Shown: piece by piece, positions 44,401 through 57,994 of the stretch
Layout of the letters: each line of letters starts with the position of its first letter
Numbering within the stretch: position 1 is the stretch's first letter
NCBI GenBank assembly: GCA_021613535.1
Contig: CP075495.1
Coordinates: 6,386,001-6,450,000, forward strand
From: Adineta vaga
Taxonomy: Eukaryota > Animalia > Rotifera
Direction: 5' to 3'
Length of the DNA stretch: 64,000 nt
Made by a program: the position numbers and the translations under genes
The notes under the pieces: generated by a model
Told to the model about the DNA's origin: nothing
What the model saw: only the letters and a program-made list of their open reading frames with translations
Databases searched by the model: none

Positions 44401-46139
44401 TTGATGATAAATAAGAAAGAAAGAATGTAAAATGTACTGATAATTATCTTTTAGCTATCGGTGATCGTGTTTTGACAGCTCCACAAAGTATTGGTCGTGT
44501 TGTAACGATACCAGATGCTGATATTGCGATGATTCAATTTGATCATATTCTTTCGGTGCATGGAGCAATGGTTAGTAATGGTTCACTATCTGATCATACG
44601 AGTTATGTTCATTTGAGTGATTTCCAATGGGATGCTACACATGAATATTGGAAACCAAAACGTGCATCCGGTGATAAAATTACTTTACAAATGACGACAG
44701 TAAAAAATGACACATCTCGAGTATCACCTTCACCCCAACCACCTCCAATATCACCATCATCACCACCGCCACCACGAAAAATGACTCGATCAAAAGTAAA
44801 AATTTGATTATTTAATGTATTAGTTCAAAGCATTTTTTCCGATAAATTAGACACCTGAATCGATAGAACGTGAATGTCTTACACCGAAGGTTTTTGATAT
44901 AGGTAAGATTGGTAAAATATACCTTTCTATTTAAATTTTATTTTATTTTATTATTTATGTGTATGTAGATCTTTACAGACCAACGTAAGTACATATATGG
45001 CAATATCTATTTTTCATTCTGTCTTATTTTAGAGAACCTATCATTAATATTTCGCGTGAAATTAGCCCTCAACCGTCACCCATACCAGTCGAAGATAGTA
45101 ATAACGAAGAAATACCTAATAATTATCATGAAACACAAAAATCACCTTCACCTACTCCGCCAACTCCGCCAACTCCTTCAACGCCCGAACAAAGAGTTCT
45201 CACTCCAGAAGGGTATGTACCGTTTTCTACTTCATAACATTCAATTATCATTTTTCTTCCTGCTTCAAGACCTATCATTGAACGTCCATTATCTGTTCGT
45301 ATAACAAAACAAAAACAAGATCAACAAATAAAATCTTCTTCAAATGGTGAATTAACAATGTCTCCGCCAGTACTTTTTGAATCAACACTATTTTTCATAC
45401 CTGATCAAACTCAACAATCACTAGTACCAGATAAATCAACACAGCCACCAACTAATTCAACAACAAATATAAATGAATCGAAACCATCACGTATTAGTTC
45501 AACATTTGAACATTCATCGATCGTTCGATCTACAACATCTGCTTATCCTCGATCGGCGACACATCGTGTTCATGTACCAGTACATAATGCTTCACAATGG
45601 TTTAGTGGACCTGATATGAAAAATGAACGAACTGGTCGAATGGAACGAGTGGTTGCTGCACTCGTACATCGATCGTATCGACCACGTGCTACTTATGCGT
45701 ATGATTTTATTTGAAATATTAATTTTTATTTGGATAATTCTTCTATTTTTATTGTTTTCAGAATGCCACGTGTACCAACACTAACCTCACCATCATCAAA
45801 AGATCATGCTCAATTCAAAGGTAAATATTTTTTGAAAAAATCGTCATATACTTCCAGTTTTCTTCCATATAGGAACTCGTCCAGGAATATCATATGATTT
45901 TCGTATTGAAACGCATCGAATGACACCTACTCCATTGATTATTCCTCGTCAATCTCAATCATCCAAAAAGCTTAGGTAAATATTATTTACTTTCCTTGAA
46001 ATTATTCTTAAACTTTATATTTCATAGTACTCCATCAATGCGTACAAATGGTCTCAATCGTTCTACGCCTACAAATGCAAATCTATATCGCGTTAAATCA
46101 TTGCTCAATCCACCATGTCCATCACCTTCTTGGATGTGA
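41472..46139 (+). CDS. Uncharacterised leucine-rich-repeat (SDS22-like + LRRcap) protein with a Pro/Ser-rich tail; >20 exons
   Basis: LQILICNGNSLTTLAGIENLKHLWKLDVGNNEIRSL, LILSNNHL, DGNP, YRQHVLDCLPRVWMCDG (LRRcap-like). Exon chain continues to TGA 46137-46139. Confidence 0.7.
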
Positions 46140-46502
46140 TCGATATAAGGTGCCTTGCTCATCTGTGATAGACTATAGATAAAACAAACATGCTCCTTTT
46201 TTTTACCGACTAAAAATGTATATTTTTTATCAATGGATTTAATCCATAGATATTTTGTGCCTATTTTATACCATTTTGCACATTCCTTTCTACTATATTG
46301 AAATATTGCTTCTTCGTGTTCCTCTGTTTCGAAAAATACAACTGATTCATGCTGAGAACCAGCACATAGGTTTTTCCTATATGACGAAATTACTTTCTTC
46401 CTACATGAGTCACAGCAGAGAAAAAACCACCGTCTATAAGTCTATAAAATACGTCATATAAAACATTATCTTCATATTCAGAGAATTTGTTCGTCAAAAA
46501 AA

Positions 46503-46931
46503 ATGTCTGTTACAATCATCGAACAAAATAAATGTACACATTGTTCTCAATCAATAGCAATGGAACCTCAGCAATGTGTTCATTGTTTAAGTTCATTTTG
46601 TCGTCAATGCCTCATTCAACATCACCATTATGCGGTTAAGGAAGAGTTTTTAGATATGGTCAAACAGATTGATAATATTCTCAGGCGGTTTCTTCACCAT
46701 GCACATAGTCAAACGGAATGGACTAATCATTTAACTGATGATCGAGAACGACTATTAAATTACGTAAAATATATAGAGAATTACTATCAAGATCTTCCAA
46801 TCGTTGCTCTACCAAGTTCAGAATGGATAAATCACGTTAAAAGTCTGATATATAACAGATTTTTCGCTGTACACGAAACTTGCTCAAAAATTTTGTATTC
46901 ATATGCAAAGTCTTTTATTAAAGCAGCATAA
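46503..46931 (+). CDS. Small intronless B-box-like zinc finger protein
   Basis: CTHC...CVHCLSSFCRQCLIQHHH followed by a helical region. Confidence 0.7.
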   Translation: MSVTIIEQNKCTHCSQSIAMEPQQCVHCLSSFCRQCLIQHHHYAVKEEFLDMVKQIDNILRRFLHHAHSQTEWTNHLTDDRERLLNYVKYIENYYQDLPIVALPSSEWINHVKSLIYNRFFAVHETCSKILYSYAKSFIKAA

Positions 46932-46946
46932 ATAAATAAATATAAA

Positions 46947-49275
46947 CTAAGACAAATGACTAAAATTAGGTTCATTCACCATTGATTGCTTCATTCCTAC
47001 TTCATACGAACCACAGTAGCCATTCAAAATTGGTGCAGCTGGTATACCACGTCTAGAAATTGAGAAAAGATACATATGAATTCATATTTTCAGTTGAATA
47101 ACGAATTTTATTTACCTAAGCATTCGACATCGATGAACATCGAGTCGAAATTGTGCATCTTCTGGATTATTAACTTCAATCGAACTCCACAATCGTTCAC
47201 CAACAGCAGATGCACGTGGCCAAAGACGTGATAAACTATTTGTTCCATCAACAAATTCTGCCCATAATGTTGCTTCACCGCCGATCAATCGTTCTCGAGC
47301 ACCTTCATCACCTTTATTTAAAGAAAAAAAGAAAATCAATCATTACTACTTATTTATTCAATCGTAGAATACATTACCAGTAAAGTTGGCAAATAAATCA
47401 ATATTATACCATTTAAAAAATTCTAAATTCATCACTGAATCATTGGTATTATATTTTCCATACTCAATCCTAAATAAAGCGACTTGATCATTATCAAGAA
47501 AGCGTAAAAATTTTCTTTCTATATCGTTACATATTCAGATAAAATGGAGCAGCAAGCACCGCATCATAACCTTCACTCGTTGCTTTTGATAAATAATAAG
47601 ACCATGGTAGACTTTCAGTTAAAAGTGAAGTATCTTTCCAAATTTCGATAATAGTTCCTTGAGGTAATTTCACTCCATCATCCCAAACATCTTGCCAAAC
47701 CATTGATTTAGCTCCGATTGATTTATTTATTTCTAAAACTTTACTTGAATAATAAGTCATCAAATCAGTTCCATTTGTCATATTATTATCTTTTAAAAAC
47801 TTTTGAATATTTGGATTCGATAACCTAAAATGTACAACAATGTTTTATTTCATTATTTTCAAAAAATTCATTTTAAACATCTTACCAACAAGCAGGATAA
47901 ACTTCGTCCATTCCAAGATGAATATATGGTTCGTGTTTGAAGACATATTTGACTTCTTGTAACAGACCTCTCATAAATTCATAAACTTCTGGTTTTATTG
48001 GATCAAGAATTTCTCGTTCAGCGTGAACACCATAGATAGCTTGACGAGGAATCGTACCATTGTAACAATCAGTTAAAAATTCTAGAAACAAAAAAAGGTT
48101 TCAAGATCGAAAAAATCAATCGTAGAAGAATACAAACCAGGAAATGCACGTCCAAGAGCAGCAACATGGCCAGGTGTATCAAATTCCGGAATAGTACGAA
48201 TACCACGAAGACGTGCATGTTCAATAATATTTTGAACATCTTCAGGTGTATAAACATGATCAGGTGAAAATGCTCCCTAAAATCAAATTTTCTCTATGAA
48301 AAAAAAGAGACGAATCGTCAAAATTGTTAAAGAACTTTTTTCGATAATTGTGGAAATGTTTTCGATACAAATGGCCACGATTGATCATCCGTAATATGCC
48401 AATGGAAAACATTAAATTTATTATAAGACATAGCATCCTAATAAATCGAAATGAATGATTTCTAAATGAATGTATATGTTCAAGTAACTTACTAGTTGTT
48501 GTTTTAAAATTGGAACTGGTATGTAATGACGAGCCGTATCTAAAAGCATTCCACGATAAAGAAAGCGAGGCCAATCTTGTATCTGTACAGATGCATTTGT
48601 TGCTAGCTATGAATAGAAAATTCTAGATAATTATATCAACGTCATTGTTCTTACATAATTATCTTTTGTAATAAAAAGTAATTGAGAAAATGTTTCAAGA
48701 CCATTCAGTGCTCCCCAAACATTTTCCGCAACAATTTTTCCATATGAATCTTCAATTGTAATATTATCTAAATAAATTATTTTAACAATATATACAAAGT
48801 TTCGAATAAAATAAATTCTTTACATGATTGATCATCATGAAGATCAGGATATACATCACATTTTCTTGATCGAATATTAATTAAAACTGATATAAGAATA
48901 CGATCATCATCGAATGAACTTGGACTTTGTATTGGTATTTTTCGAGGAAAAAATATTGGTTTATAACGTTCAAGAGCTTTATCGATAATATCACAATTTT
49001 TTAAATTTGAATAAATAATAAAAAAGTCAGGATCAATAAATATATAATCTGAACTAGCATTCAATTTTTGAGGTTCTGGCCATGGAGCATTTGGTGCTGA
49101 TGGTTTACCCTTAATGAACATGATTTATGTTAATCAATCAATTCAATAAAGAAATATTCATTCAACATACTCTTAAAGGATATTTCGCTTCGATATAATC
49201 TATTACTGTATATGCGTGATGTATACAAATAATCAGACCGAATAAAATCACAAAGATATGTGATGAAAGTGACAT
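46947..49275 (-). CDS. Lysosomal-type beta-hexosaminidase (animal HEXA/HEXB-like GH20); ~11 exons
   Basis: Signal peptide, [87 protein letters not shown]. Confidence 0.93.
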
Positions 49276-50436
49276 GATCGACGATAAAATAATAGTGACC
49301 AATTTGATTTTATCTTATAGTTTATATATAAATCAAACGAACGAATGAAATTCTTTCGTTGGACACGAAGGTTAGTCGTAAATTCGATCGCGCACTAGTT
49401 ATAGAAAAGAACGACAAACAATACATTTAGTATATTAATTGTGTTTACGGATTATTTGTTAGATCAATACCAGACGGCTTTTTCTTTGAATGATATTATA
49501 TTTTAATCTTAGTTTATTTTTCTTCTATGCGAATCATCATATCATATAAACGGCAAAGTGTTATTGAAGTAATTTATCAATTAGGAAATCTATTTTTTGT
49601 TGATACACAATTCTTCTTCTATTCATTTATTAATCAATTGATTTAAAATAAAACATTTCGATTGTCACGTATCAATTTGACTTCCAAATTCATTCTTTTT
49701 CTTTTCATAACGAATTCTCTTTACATTGTACTTGAAAGTATGCATAAGAAACAAATGTCTCTCGTTCATTTTCAATCATTTCGATGCGCAATCTGGTGTA
49801 TTTTTCTTTTCAATCAGAAGCAGAAAAAGAAAACTCTCTCACACAGTAACCGTATCAATTAAACATAAATCAATTTATCAATCATTGTTAAATATAAAAC
49901 AATAAAAATTGACGAGAAAGAAAGACAACGACGACGACGAGACTAGCAATCATTTCGATTGACGACGCTATAGAGTAAGTGTAATCCAATTACGTGCTCA
50001 ATCAACCGATTATATATATATACAAAGTGTTTATACAATTATTAGTATCATTTCTTGTATATTCATATGGATCGTAAGTACTAAAAACGGTTTTTCTTCT
50101 TTCTACTTAATGTCATAGATCAGCTGTTTCGATCGACATACCTATTACGAATAGTTCCAGTCAAAAAAAGAAACGAGTAATAGGTCTTTGAGTGCAATTA
50201 TTTTGTCATTGAGAATAATTCGAAATTTATTCTGATCTACATATAAATTTTGCACCAAAAACGATTACGTTCATAAGTCAGGATGACAGAGTTGATGCCA
50301 ATCGTTCTATTTTTAGTCATAGATGAGTTTTGATTCCATTCGAATAGGTTTCATCATAAGAAAGTAATGGTTATAAGATTGTATTGATCCATCTATATTT
50401 TTCTTCTTCGTCGTCTAAGGTCATTTATCAAGTGCT

Positions 50437-51044
50437 ATGTTTATAAGTGAAATACCTGTTCGTTGTATGCATAATGGTGAAAAATGTATTAAATGGATCG
50501 ATAATTTAAATCGTCATACGACTGCACGAGACATTATTACTTCGTTATTACCAGCCTGTGATTCAACAAATTATTCACTTTATATTCATATCGATCGTAA
50601 GAAACAAATTCTAAACGATTCAGCACGAATATATAAAGTCGTCGCAAGAATTAATCAAGAAAAAACGTCTGGAAAATTATTATTTGAAATTGTATCGAAG
50701 AAACGAGTGAGATTTGCAGACGAAATTATTATTCAAACCATTCATCAAGGACAAGCCATAGCATTAGAAAAACGTTTACAAATCTTGAAAGAAAACTTTC
50801 AAAAACACATCATTCGACAAGAGAATATTTCGAAGAAATTATCTTTGAATATAAAACGGTAGATGAATAGATGAAAAGTTAATCCATATTTATGCCTTTT
50901 TTTTCTTATTATTCTTGTAGATCATCGTTGAAAGTAATTAGTTCAAATCTTCCACATTCATCCAGTGAATCTGGTATAAGTTCAATATCATCGACGGAGG
51001 ATTTGAAAACATCAACAAAAGCAATCTTAGAAACACTTGTATAA
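50437..51044 (+). CDS. Small N-terminal Ras-association (RASSF7-10-like) domain protein
   Basis: EIPV...KWIDNLNRHTTARDIITSLL...YSLY matches the N-RASSF RA start. Intron 50859-50920. C-terminus SSESGISS...LETLV*. Confidence 0.6.
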
Positions 51045-51644
51045 AACCGTTGAATTGTTTTTTTTTGCATTGTTATGAATAAAATAAAAAAATTTCGAAA
51101 GAAAAACTCCTGTATGATCATATAATCATCAATGATGTAATCTCAAGAGGAAAGGTGTTTTTCTTAAGATTAATATCAAGAGTTGCATTTCAATTCGTTT
51201 TACAAATGAGTACTCAATGTTATTTGAAGTATATTCTCGAATATCATTGATTTATTTATTAAAAGAAAACAATCACTAACCGTTCAATATCTCATTCGAT
51301 CTATTCAATTGATTTAATAAGGTTAGAAAAAGAATCAGAAGATTTCTGTTCTTAATTAAACAGACAATTTAATAACAAAGACCTCTGTGCTTGTCAGTCA
51401 TCTAACCTCGATTATTTTCCTGCTTCTTGTGCTCCAGTTGGTGACGCAAAAAAACTAGTAGAGAACGTATATAAAAAAAATTGGTCTTTCTCTTGCCTTT
51501 CTCTCTCACTTACTTGATGCATTCGTTATTTATGATCAGCGGCAGCAGTAGGCAACCACGCCTTTGTCTGTTCTATCGTCTCCTAGTATATATATATATA
51601 TATAAATATAAATATCCATCGAACATAGAAGAACTATTATCAGT

Positions 51645-52508
51645 ATGGAAATGAATTCAATGGAGAATCTTATACATTTACCAATCTGTGAGAATGTAAT
51701 CAGGTGATGAAATAAAGTATAAATTAAACGAATATTTGAATGTTTTTCGTATATATTTTCTAGACGATATGGTAAATATACAAAGAAGGTCAACGGTGAA
51801 CTTGTCAAAGGTTTGTATATAGTCTTTTTCTTTTTTTCCTTGATAGTTGAATGATATAGGAATTCCATAGTAGAATTGATCATTGATGAAAACGTGCTTG
51901 ACCTTGTTCCATGATGATAATGATAATGATAATCTTCATTTAGTGATTTATGATTGGTTTGAACGTGAAAATCGTGAATACGATAAATATCATGGTCATC
52001 AATATAAATTAGGTTTAACTAAACAACAATATGATCAAATGAAAACACTCGTTTCACCAATGGGTATATGCAGATTAATTATGAGAAAGAAAAGAAAAGT
52101 AATAACTGTCATATTGTTCTTTTCTTCTTAGGTTCATTAGGAGAAGAATTAACATTTGATCAATTTTGCGATATTCTTATACCGGTGATAACCGGTGGCG
52201 AAAGTGCGCAACATGATGATTATTCCATCTGGTTAGCATTTCGTTCGTTTGATAAAAATGGTGATCATTATATTCAAACAGATGAACTTGAAACTTTAAT
52301 GTTAATTATTGGTAAATCTGTAAGCCGAGAACGTATTCGATCTTATATTGATAAAGTTGATTGGGATTACAATGGTAAATTAGATTATAATGAATTTCGA
52401 GAATTTATTGTACGTGGTTATGCACGAGAACTTCTAATGATGGATATAACAAAAGAAATTGTTTATTCACATGATCAAATGAAAATACCAATGAAAAATT
52501 ACACATAA
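51645..52508 (+). CDS. EF-hand calcium-binding (calmodulin-like) protein
   Basis: EF loops DKNGDHYIQTDE and DWDYNGKLDYNE. Five exons, including a 10-nt microexon. Confidence 0.85.
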
Positions 52509-52778
52509 TTATCGTTTGTTAAATATTTTGTATATTATTTTTTTGCAAATAAAAACCAATTCTCTCGAGATTTTCGATAGTCTTGTAACCTTATAACCTT
52601 GAGAATTTCTGTATTGATAATTGATGAAAACAACTCCTATAGAGTTGTTATTGTTTTTTTTATATAAAATAAACAATCATTCAAGAGTTATTATCTCGTA
52701 ACATACAGAGTTTGCTTTTCTGTTTTCTTAATAAATCAGAAACAAAAAAAAATACAGACGATCAGAAAAGTAAATCAC

Positions 52779-54453
52779 TTAAAGATTTGTACTTGTTTTA
52801 TTATAATCAAATAGGGAATTCGTTTGTTCTTCATTTCGACTATATAATCCCCGATTTCCTGTTGCTGTCAGAGAAACAGTTGCACCAATAGACGATTCAG
52901 CTGTTGTTTGTGATGTTGTCGTTGCTAATTTTTCTGGACGTTGAAAATTTTTCCATAAATTTGTTAATATACTCGATGTAATATCATCACCTACATTTGA
53001 ATGTATTAGACGTAAAATGAAAAATCCATCTTGTTGTAAATAATCATATACAAATGCACGCATAGTGGTACGCATTGTTGCTATACTTTGTTGTGTATTA
53101 ATACGTTGTACAAAAAATGAATAACGAAGACGTGGAAATAATAAAAATATGAACCAAGATAGAAAATCATAGACAGTTATAGCAAGAACAATATGCATCC
53201 AAATATATAGAACAGTAAAGATTTGTTCATTGTAAACATTGATTGTTAATACACCTAAAGAGAAATAGATTCACTAATTAAACTATCAGATGAAAGATCT
53301 ATTCATAAGACATATCAGTTTATCATACATTTCTTTTTTTCCCGATTAACAGATAATTTCTCTCTAGATTTCCCTGAAGTTTACGATCTTATCGAATTCT
53401 TCTTCCTTTTATACGATACATTATCGATTCATAAAACTCTGCTATCTTCAATACATGAAGAATTATTTGATTACTTACATTGTACAGTATATTTATGTCC
53501 TTCATCACTATTCGGTTCAATAATACGAAAATCACACATACTAATTTTAGGAAAATATTTCGATAATGGATTTGTTTTTAATATTCCAGCAGTAAAAATA
53601 TGTCGAAAACTTCGGATTGTTTCATCAACTGTCCATTTCTGTTCCAGTAAAAGACGAATTGCATATAATTGAACAAATGTACTGATAATAAACAAAATTT
53701 TAATAAATAAATAAAGTAAAAATAAATAAGAATTGAAGGTATTTGTTGTACCAATAATACAATGGAGAATACCTTGAATATAAGCATTAATACGACTATT
53801 TTCTTGTTTGATTTTTTTACGTGGATCACCAACATATTGATGAATTAATGAAACAAGATATGTCATTATCGTCTTCTGTTTATGAAAACGTTTGACAGTT
53901 TTTAAATTTTGTGCTGCATCCATTAGATTTCGAACATCAAGACCAGAGTGTCGACTAAACGAACGCCAACATAAACGTGGTAATAAATATAATAACGCTT
54001 GAATAAGTAATATAAATGGAACGAATTGATAATATCGTAAAACATAATGTTTCTCATTCGATCGTTGGACATTTGGTTCACTGATATTGATATGATAAGT
54101 CTAGAAAGAAAAAGAGACTTTCTTTCAATGAATTGATCTCTCTGATCCTCACTTACATTATGAATCCAACAGTAATTTGATACATAGATTTCATAATTTC
54201 GAGTGAAGATAGCTGGTACCCAACTGAATGAAAAGAAAAAAGAAAATAATAAACAATATCTCTTAAAAAACAAAAGAAATGTTTACCATTGAATATGATC
54301 ATTAGAAAATTGTTTACTAGCAATAATAATTGAAAAAAATACCAATAAACCAACAGTATATTTATAATTTAATCGATCAGCAAAATCATCATCACGTCGA
54401 ATACCAAAATAACTGATTTGTGGTAAACGATGAAATGCATTAAGAATATCCAT
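52779..54453 (-). CDS. Innexin (invertebrate gap-junction protein)
   Basis: DDDFADRLNYKYT, IQCWVP, NYCW, YYQFVPFILLIQA, FPKISMCDF, YTVQCVLTINVYNEQIF, YLQQDGFFILRLI. Confidence 0.95.
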
Positions 54454-55458
54454 TTTGTTTACAAAAAAATTTAATTAATTATTAAAAAGCAATCAAAGAA
54501 TTTTTCTTCTGCACTTCAAACGACACCAACTAATCGCACAAAATCAATCATTAAAGATTCATACCGATGAAAAGAATCGTTTTTCTCTCTTTCTTGTCGA
54601 CTTACTCTTCTCTCGGAGAAAATCAACTATACATCGACTGATAACAATAAGAACAAGAAGTACATTGCTTATTTGCCTTCGAGCTTCGAGAAATGAAGAG
54701 TAATACAACCATACATATATTGTACTATTTTCTTAGTGTTCTGTTTCCGTCTCTTTCTCATTTGCTGCATCAGTACAACTGTCTATCATAGAGCAGAAAT
54801 AGATAAATAAATCCATCTGTACAATATCACCAATGATAGACTCTTCTCTTTTGCTTTTCTTCTTGTGATTATTTCTATCAGTAGACATTAATAAGAACAT
54901 TTGCTTCTCGGTGCTTTTCTTTTGCCATTTTCTCTCTCATAATCTATGATTGGCATATAGACGAAAGAGACAACTAGGAAATGGTTTGTTTCAAAAGAGA
55001 TATGACGAGTAATTATTGTAGATGGGTCTGTTGTTTCTTTCTTTGAATTAAAACAAGTGTACTTTATATTTAACAATTATCAAATTCTTATGAATGTTTC
55101 TTGCCGTAAGCATTGATTGTATGAATGAGTAGTACATCAATTGACAGTAAGAGTAAAGAGGAGAGAATTGCTGCTATTCCTCATATTCACATCTATGACT
55201 GATGATACCCAACTGATGCAATAAAATATTGTTAATAGAAAAACTATACATTGATTATAAGAATAGAATATATTTGATGAAATCAACAAAAAAAAACACA
55301 TTTGTACATGTAGACGAAAAAATCTGTTTTGATCTATTGACTCGCTCAATTCCTGTTGGGAAAAGAAGAAAAAAAAACTACAAATGTGTAAGAAAAGAAA
55401 AATTTATCAAGTTTATAGAATTTAATCTGGAATTATAATATTTGTTTATGTTTATTAT

Positions 55459-57994
55459 TTACGCACCTAAAAAAGAAACAAATATGATTTGATTCAATAA
55501 TCGTAAATAGAAACTTACGAAGTTCACAGAAACGACCGATTCGTCCTGCTGGACAACGACATTCAGGTGTTGAACCAACATGAACACATATACCACCGGC
55601 TTGACATTTAAGTGGACAATAGTGTGCACTGTCTGATTGTTCAACTTGAATTAAAAGAAAGAAAATCTCATGTTAAACATTTCTATTCCCTAGAAATCAT
55701 AAAAACTTACTTCGTTCACATAAAACACCGGATGTACCCTTTTGACAAGCACATTGTGCACCAACACTTGTTGTAATACATCTACCATTGTTCATACATG
55801 GATTATTGGATGAACAAGATTTTGGTCGATTAACTATAGAGAAGAAAAAATTATTTAAATCAAAGTCTAATTTTGAATAGAGAAAAACGTACTAAATTCA
55901 CATTTTTCTCCATAATATTCGTTTGAACATGAACAACGAGCTTGTCCTCCACGTTGTTCATCAACATAACATTGACCACCGTTTAGACAAGTTGCATTAC
56001 AAGTTTTTGATGTTAATGATCGAGCACTACGACCTTAAAAAACGAAAAGAAACGAGTTCATTTTAAAACAGAACCCTTCTTCGATCAATTCAAACATACT
56101 ATATTGGCAATAATATCCTTGATGGCTATCAGGACACCAACATCTTGCTGCATTATTCTGTACAGCACATCCACCCATATTTTGACTAAATAAAACAATA
56201 GAAAAATTGATTTTTAAATCGAAATTAGAGAGACAACTAACCATGGATTTGGTGCACATGGATTTGTTACGACTATCATTGGACATGGAAAAACAATGCA
56301 ACAGCTTCCTCCGCATGGTGCACGCGTAGCAATAGTTGTTGCTGATGTTGTACTAATTACTAATAGAATAGGAAACAAAATATAGTAGATTAAAGCATTA
56401 CAAATCTCAGAGAAAGAAACATACTTTGTTGGCAATTAGTGCCAGTGTATGGATATGAACATGAACAAATATATCCAGTTGTTGTTTGTGTGCAGACACC
56501 ATTATTAGAGCATGGGTTAGGCATACAATAATTACGAGATTCACAACGAGCACCATAATAACCATTTTGACATTGACAGAGATATGCTATAAATATTTCG
56601 ATAAAAGTAGATAAATTTGTCTTCATTGACTAAAAACAAGAATCGTAACTTACAGTTACCAGTTGGAATACATTGGCCACCATTTTGACATGGTGATTGA
56701 GCACATGGATTGTATGGTGTAGTTGTTGTAATACGATTTTCACAGCAGTAACCATTATACATGGGTGGACATTGGCACATGAATGATGAACCTTGTGGAA
56801 TACATACACCTCCATTTTGACAAGGGGATTGTGCACATGGATTAAATGGTGTTGTTGTTGTAATACGATTTTCACAACAGTAACCATTAAACATGGGTGG
56901 ACATTGGCACATGAATGATGAACCTTGTGGAATGCATACACCTCCATTTTGACATGGGGATTGAGCACATGGATTGTATGGTGTTGTTGTTGTAATACGA
57001 TTTTCACAACAGTAACCATTAAACATTGGTGGACATTGGCATACGAACGATGAACCTTGTGGAGCACATATACCTCCATTTTGACATGGATTTGGTTGGC
57101 ATGGATTTCGAGCTAATAAGGAATGTTCCGATTGCTAAAAGATATAGATTTTATATATGACATACCTGGTGCTTCACAACGATTGCCAGTATGTGTTTCT
57201 GGACAATTACAAATAAATCCTTGTCCTGAAGATATACATTGACCACCATTGAGGCCTAAAGAAAGAAATTAGTTGTCTGACTTATTTCAATGTATAAAAT
57301 TTAAAATATTTACATGGATTTTGTGCACATGGATTACGTGGTTGAACTATAAAATCAAAATTTATACATAGATCGATGATTTTAAATAAAAATCTTCAAT
57401 TATACTTGTTGTTGGTTGTGTTACTGGTGGACATTGAGTATTACCACATATGCATTGAATTGTATTCACAATAATACCACAAACACCAGTACCACAAAAT
57501 GAACATCGATATTGTTTTGGTGTTACTATTGGTCCAAGTGCTCGAGCTTCATCCAATGTTCGAGCAACAGCAATATTATTCAAAGCATTTTCATCAGCAT
57601 CATAGATAATCATATCATTTGTTGTATCTATTTTATACATGAAAAACAATCTTAACCTAAGAAAAAAATCATTAAATTACCAATTTTACGTTGTTGTTGA
57701 ACTCGTTTACAGGCTTCAACTTGTTCTACCCATATACAAGTTTTAAGAGAATCTTCCCAAGCTGTACCAGCAGCACAGGTAAATCGAATTCGTACATTAC
57801 CAAAGCATCGTACAAATTTTTTACAATTATTGGCATCTGCTACAAAATCTTCACATGCTTCTATATATGTATATAACATCAGAAATAAAAATATATTTCA
57901 TTATTAAAATATAGTATCACTTACGTTGACCAAGAACAGTAAGGATAATTGTACCAAAGATACATAACACTAAAGATCGATGTAGGTGTACCAT
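55459..57994 (-). CDS. Secreted protein with a peritrophin-A (CBM14) chitin-binding domain and ~10 EGF-like repeats
   Basis: Signal MVHLHRSLVLCIFGTIILTVLG. CBM14 CEDFVADANNCKKFVRC...FTCAAGTAWEDSLKTCIW. Repeated NPC..PCQNGG.C...C.C....G..CE. No TM segment before the stop. Confidence 0.85.
56653..57110 (-). repeat. Coding tandem repeat, 132-bp unit x ~3.5 (EGF + TTTT linker)
   Basis: Equivalent positions recur at 56689, 56821, 56953 and 57085 with few substitutions. Confidence 0.9.

Noticed and set aside
56653-57110. CRISPR-like or satellite array
   Set aside because: The units are contiguous in-frame EGF coding repeats with no unique spacers.
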